Positions 60,539 to 64,000 of a DNA stretch of 64,000 nucleotides are shown in pieces. Positions within the stretch are counted from its first letter, which is position 1, and every line of letters begins with the position of its first letter. Location of the stretch: positions 70,556,001 to 70,620,000 of the forward strand of contig NC_042999.1 in the NCBI RefSeq assembly GCF_006345805.1, read 5' to 3'. The notes beneath the pieces were generated by a model. The model saw only the letters and a list, made by a program, of their open reading frames with translations, ran no database searches and was not told the DNA's origin. A program made the position numbers and the translations under genes. This DNA is from Octopus sinensis. Lineage: Eukaryota.

Positions 60539-62051
60539 TCAGGTTAGTGCAAAAGTAATGTCCAATTTAAAGATCTAAGGTAAAAATGAAAAAGCCAATG
60601 ACAATGGAAATATTTATTCATTAACATACAGGTGCAGGAGTGGCTGTGTGGTAAGTTGCTTGTTTACCAACCACATGGTTCCGGGTTCAGTCCCACTGCG
60701 TGGCACCTTGGGCAAGTGTCTTCTACTATAGCCTCGGGCCGACCAAAGCCTTGTGAGTGGATTTGGTAGACGGAAACTGAAAAGAAGCCCGTCGTATATA
60801 TGTATATATATATATATGCGTGTGTGTGTCTGTGTTTTTCCCCCTAGCATTGCTTGACAACCGATGCTGGTGTGTTTATGTCCCCGTTACTTAGCGGTTC
60901 GGCAAAAGAGACCGATAGAATAAGTACTGGGCTTACAAAAAGAATAAGTCCCGGGGTCGAGTTGCTCGATTAAAGGTGGTGCTCCAGCATGGCCGCTGTC
61001 AAATGACTGAAACAAGTAAAAAGAGTAAAGAGTATACTCTCCATTGCTTTCAATGACCTCATTCTATCTATCAACAAACCTGTTTCAGTCTCTTCTCTTG
61101 TTGTTAGCCTAGGTCCATCTAAATGGTTCTGTAGTCCACAAAACAAATGGTATTCAGAAGGAGCAAGGTCAGGAGAATATGGAGGATGAGGCAGTGTTTC
61201 CCAACCAAGTTCTTCCAAGAGAGTTTGGTCAGTCAAGCTGTGTGAGGATAAGCATTATTGTGATGGAAGATGACATTCTTTCTGTTAACCAAGGATGCTT
61301 ACACTTGACTCAGAACTGTTTTCAAATGAAGTTGCTCACAGAAAATATTGGATTATTCTTTTAATATCCTACCATACACTCAACATGTTCTTCTTTGGAT
61401 GAAGTCCTGCTCTCTGTTGTTGAACTGGCTATCCTCTTCGACTGATCCAAGAATGGTGGCATTTAACATTATGGTAAAGAATCCACTTCTCACCACCTGT
61501 AACAAGTCCGTCTAAAAATGTTGCTTGAAAGTGTCGCGAAAGCAATGATTGACAAAAAGCAGCATGCTGTTGTCGATTCTCTGGAGACAGCTCATGAGGG
61601 ACCCATTTTCCAGCAAGTTCACTAGTGGTAACGGTCGGGTTCTCTGAAACAAGAGCTTCCAACATTTCGGAATCAAGTTTTTTTGGACAACCCTCTTTTG
61701 GCTCTTCTTTCAAAGTGAGATCACCACTTCGGAAATGAGAAAACCACCTCCTGTAACTTCTTTCATTCACTACATCATCCTCATAAGTGCTCTGAATAGA
61801 TCTTGCTACTGTACTTGCATTAACACCTGAAAACTCGTAGAGTAAAACATTTCTTATGTGATCTTTAGATGGAACAAACATGGTGGTAAAATTTTCTGAG
61901 ATTTATGGCCAGAAGTTAGATAATCTGAAAGAAAATAGTACAAATTAGACACAGAGATATCTTAAAACCATAAGAAGAGGTTTAAAAAATTGATAAATTC
62001 ACTCTGAAACATTTTTTCTAGAAATCGGACATTACTTTTGCACCAACCTGA
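60539..62051 (-). mobile_element. Decayed mariner (Hsmar1/cecropia-like TIRs) with a SINE inserted at ~60630-61030
   Basis: TIRs TCAGGTTAGTGCAAAAGTAATGTCC / GGACATTACTTTTGCACCAACCTGA with TA flanks. Transposase motifs GKWVPHEL, VTGGEKWILY and HPPYSPDLAPSEYHLF. Confidence 0.92.
60630..61030 (+). mobile_element. tRNA-derived SINE family A, full length. Other copies (approximate) at 9650-9770, 9805-10200, 10750-10910, 44990-45110, 58140-58535, 63772-64000 (+) and 615-760, 18245-18405, 37980-38200 (-)
   Basis: GGCTGTGTGGTAAG A-box-like, GGTTCAGTCCC B-box-like, ACCTTGGGCAAG core, internal (TA)n/(TG)n, simple-repeat tail. Confidence 0.88.
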
Positions 62052-62057
62052 TATGTA

Positions 62058-63213
62058 CAGGGGCTGGACAAAATAATGGAAACACCTTAAAATTTCAAAC
62101 AAATTTATTTTAATATGGAGTAGGACCCCCTTTGGCAGTAATTACCACTTGAATTGTACTCATACAAAGTCTGAGTTGTTTCCAAAGGCATTTTAGTTCA
62201 TTCTTCAGCTAAAAAAGTCTCCAGTTCTTGTAGTGATGATGGTGGAAGATATCGACTCCTTATTTGTTTTTCTAAAATGCACCATAAATGTTCAATAATA
62301 CTGAGATCTGGGGACCGTGGTGGCCAGATAAGATGTTCAACTTCACTAGAATGTTCCTTATGCCATTCAGTAACAATTTTAGCTGTGAATTGGTGCATTA
62401 TCAGCCTGAAAGATTGTGTTTCCCTCCATAAACAGTTCGGCAACTATAGGATGAATGTGATCAGATAAAATACTTAACCCTTTCGTTATTGTATTTATTT
62501 TGAGATGCTCTGTGTTTCTTTCAATTACTTTAAATATAACAAAGGATTTAGTAAAATAACTTTTAGTTATCATTCAGCTAGTGTTAGGAACATAAATTGT
62601 GACTAAGGTTTGGTGGAAGATTTTAATTCAAAACTTATGAAAACAAGACATTTGTACTCAGAGCCAGAGCTGGATTCAGCCAGGTTGGTAATGAAAGGGT
62701 TAAATAGTCTTGCCTATTAATTCTGCCATGAAGGGAAACCATTGGACTGGTGGATTTCCAAGATGTAGCGCCCCCCCCCCCACACACACACACAGATCAT
62801 CACATATCCTCCTCCATGTTTAACAGTTGGAAGAAGGCAGTCTGGGTCAAATGCTTCTTTTGGCTGTCTCCACATGTATACTCAGCCGTAGGTCAAAAAT
62901 AAGGTAATGGATGACAAGTCCGAGGAAATAACATTCTTCCACTGTTTTTGTTACATGAGTGGCTGCCATACGAACACCAACAATTTAACCACTTAGAAAA
63001 TCCAATAGATCTGTCATTTTAATGAATTTTAATTACCTTTTTCTGATGATATCTGGAAAAAAAACCCGCAATTTTAAGCAAAACCTATTAAGCAACGCTA
63101 ATTATAAATTTAAAAAAAAACATAAAAATAAATAAGCTTTTGACGGTTTTATAGATATTTCAAAATTATGATGGTGTAAGGCTAGGTGTTTCCATTATTT
63201 TGTCCAACCCCTG
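62058..63213 (-). mobile_element. Decayed Tc1-like transposon with a piggyBac-type MITE inserted
   Basis: TIRs CAGGGGCTGGACAAAATAATGGAAACACCT / AGGTGTTTCCATTATTTTGTCCAACCCCTG. Motifs FQADNAPIH, WPPRSPDLSIIEHLW and PTVKHGGG. Confidence 0.92.
62474..62703. mobile_element. piggyBac-type MITE
   Basis: TTAA-CCCTTTC ... GAAAGGG-TTAA. Confidence 0.75.
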
Positions 63214-63408
63214 AATATATATATATATATATATATACACTCACACACACACGTTTATATTGTATACAGATGTCGGATTGATTGAGTCATTAGAGCGTTG
63301 GATAGATTGCTTTGTAGTAATCATTCTGTAACTCACACTATGGTTGACTTTGCCTTTTGTCCCTTTCCAGTGGATAAATAATATACCAGTCTTGAAATGG
63401 GGTTGATT

Positions 63409-63464
<56 letters not shown>

Positions 63465-63671
63465 TATCTCTCTTTATTTCTTTCTTTCTTTCTGTCTGTC
63501 TAACTTTCTCCAGGAAGAAATTGGCTGTGGTCAGACCTAGAGAGGGATGGGATCCACCAGACCTAAAAGTACTCAAGACATGCTGCATATAACAATAGCA
63601 CTCTTATTGTTCAATCCAAGATTTGAGAAACCAAAGCAAGTCATATATATTTGTGAGTGTGTGTGTGTGAG

Positions 63672-63710
<39 letters not shown>

Positions 63711-63735
63711 GAGTGTGTGTGTGTGTGTGAGATTT

Positions 63736-63771
<36 letters not shown>

Positions 63772-64000
63772 CGCAGGAATGGCTGTGTGGTAAGTAGCTT
63801 GCTTACCAACCACATGGTTCTGGATTTATTCCCACTGCGTGGTACCTTGGGCAAGTGTGCAAGTGTCTTCTACTATAGCCTTGGGCCGACCAGAGCCTTG
63901 TGAGTGATTTTGGTAGACAGAAACTGAAAGAAGCCCGTCGTATATATATATATATGTGTGTGTCTTTGTTTGTCCCCCAACATCACTTGACAACCGATGG

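Noticed and set aside
55488-64000. Search for the next ASPH exon (TPR start)
   Set aside because: No acceptor-flanked frame with TPR-like or ASPH-like sequence was recognised; presumably beyond the window.

Overview
AT-rich, microsatellite-dense animal genomic DNA. The SINE, RTE-LINE and DNA-transposon families present look like octopus (coleoid cephalopod); this is pattern recognition, not a search result. The window holds the 5' half of one + strand gene, most likely aspartyl/asparaginyl beta-hydroxylase (ASPH). The model has three phase-compatible exons: exon 1 at 5299-5371, a 42 kb intron, exon 2 at 47630-47896 (Lys-rich repeats plus a signal-anchor TM helix), and a 1.63 kb exon 3 at 53858-55487. 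Exon 3 encodes an ~400 aa E/A/R/K helical repeat and ends in [23 protein letters not shown], which aligns with human ASPH LLNKFDKTIKAELDAAEKLRKR as I recall it. TPR and catalytic exons were not found and presumably lie beyond the window. Oddities at the gene: (i) the ASPH-like motif is in the -1 frame behind an A9/A8 run containing A_AAA_AAG (probably a sequence error, possibly recoding); (ii) a stop and AATAAA directly follow the exon 3 donor (possible humbug/junctate-like isoform); (iii) the promoter and exon 1 are tandemly duplicated, with the upstream copy out of phase. The introns hold decayed RTE, Tx1/L1, R4-like and L2-like LINEs, several SINE families, mariner/Tc1/piggyBac/Helitron elements, several long fold-backs (one with a flipped internal hairpin loop), two hammerhead-like motifs, an unidentified hairpin-rich island (6660-7100) and a C-poor block (32150-33900). 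No true tRNA, rRNA or CRISPR array was found. Transposon boundaries are approximate unless TIR/TSD coordinates are given.
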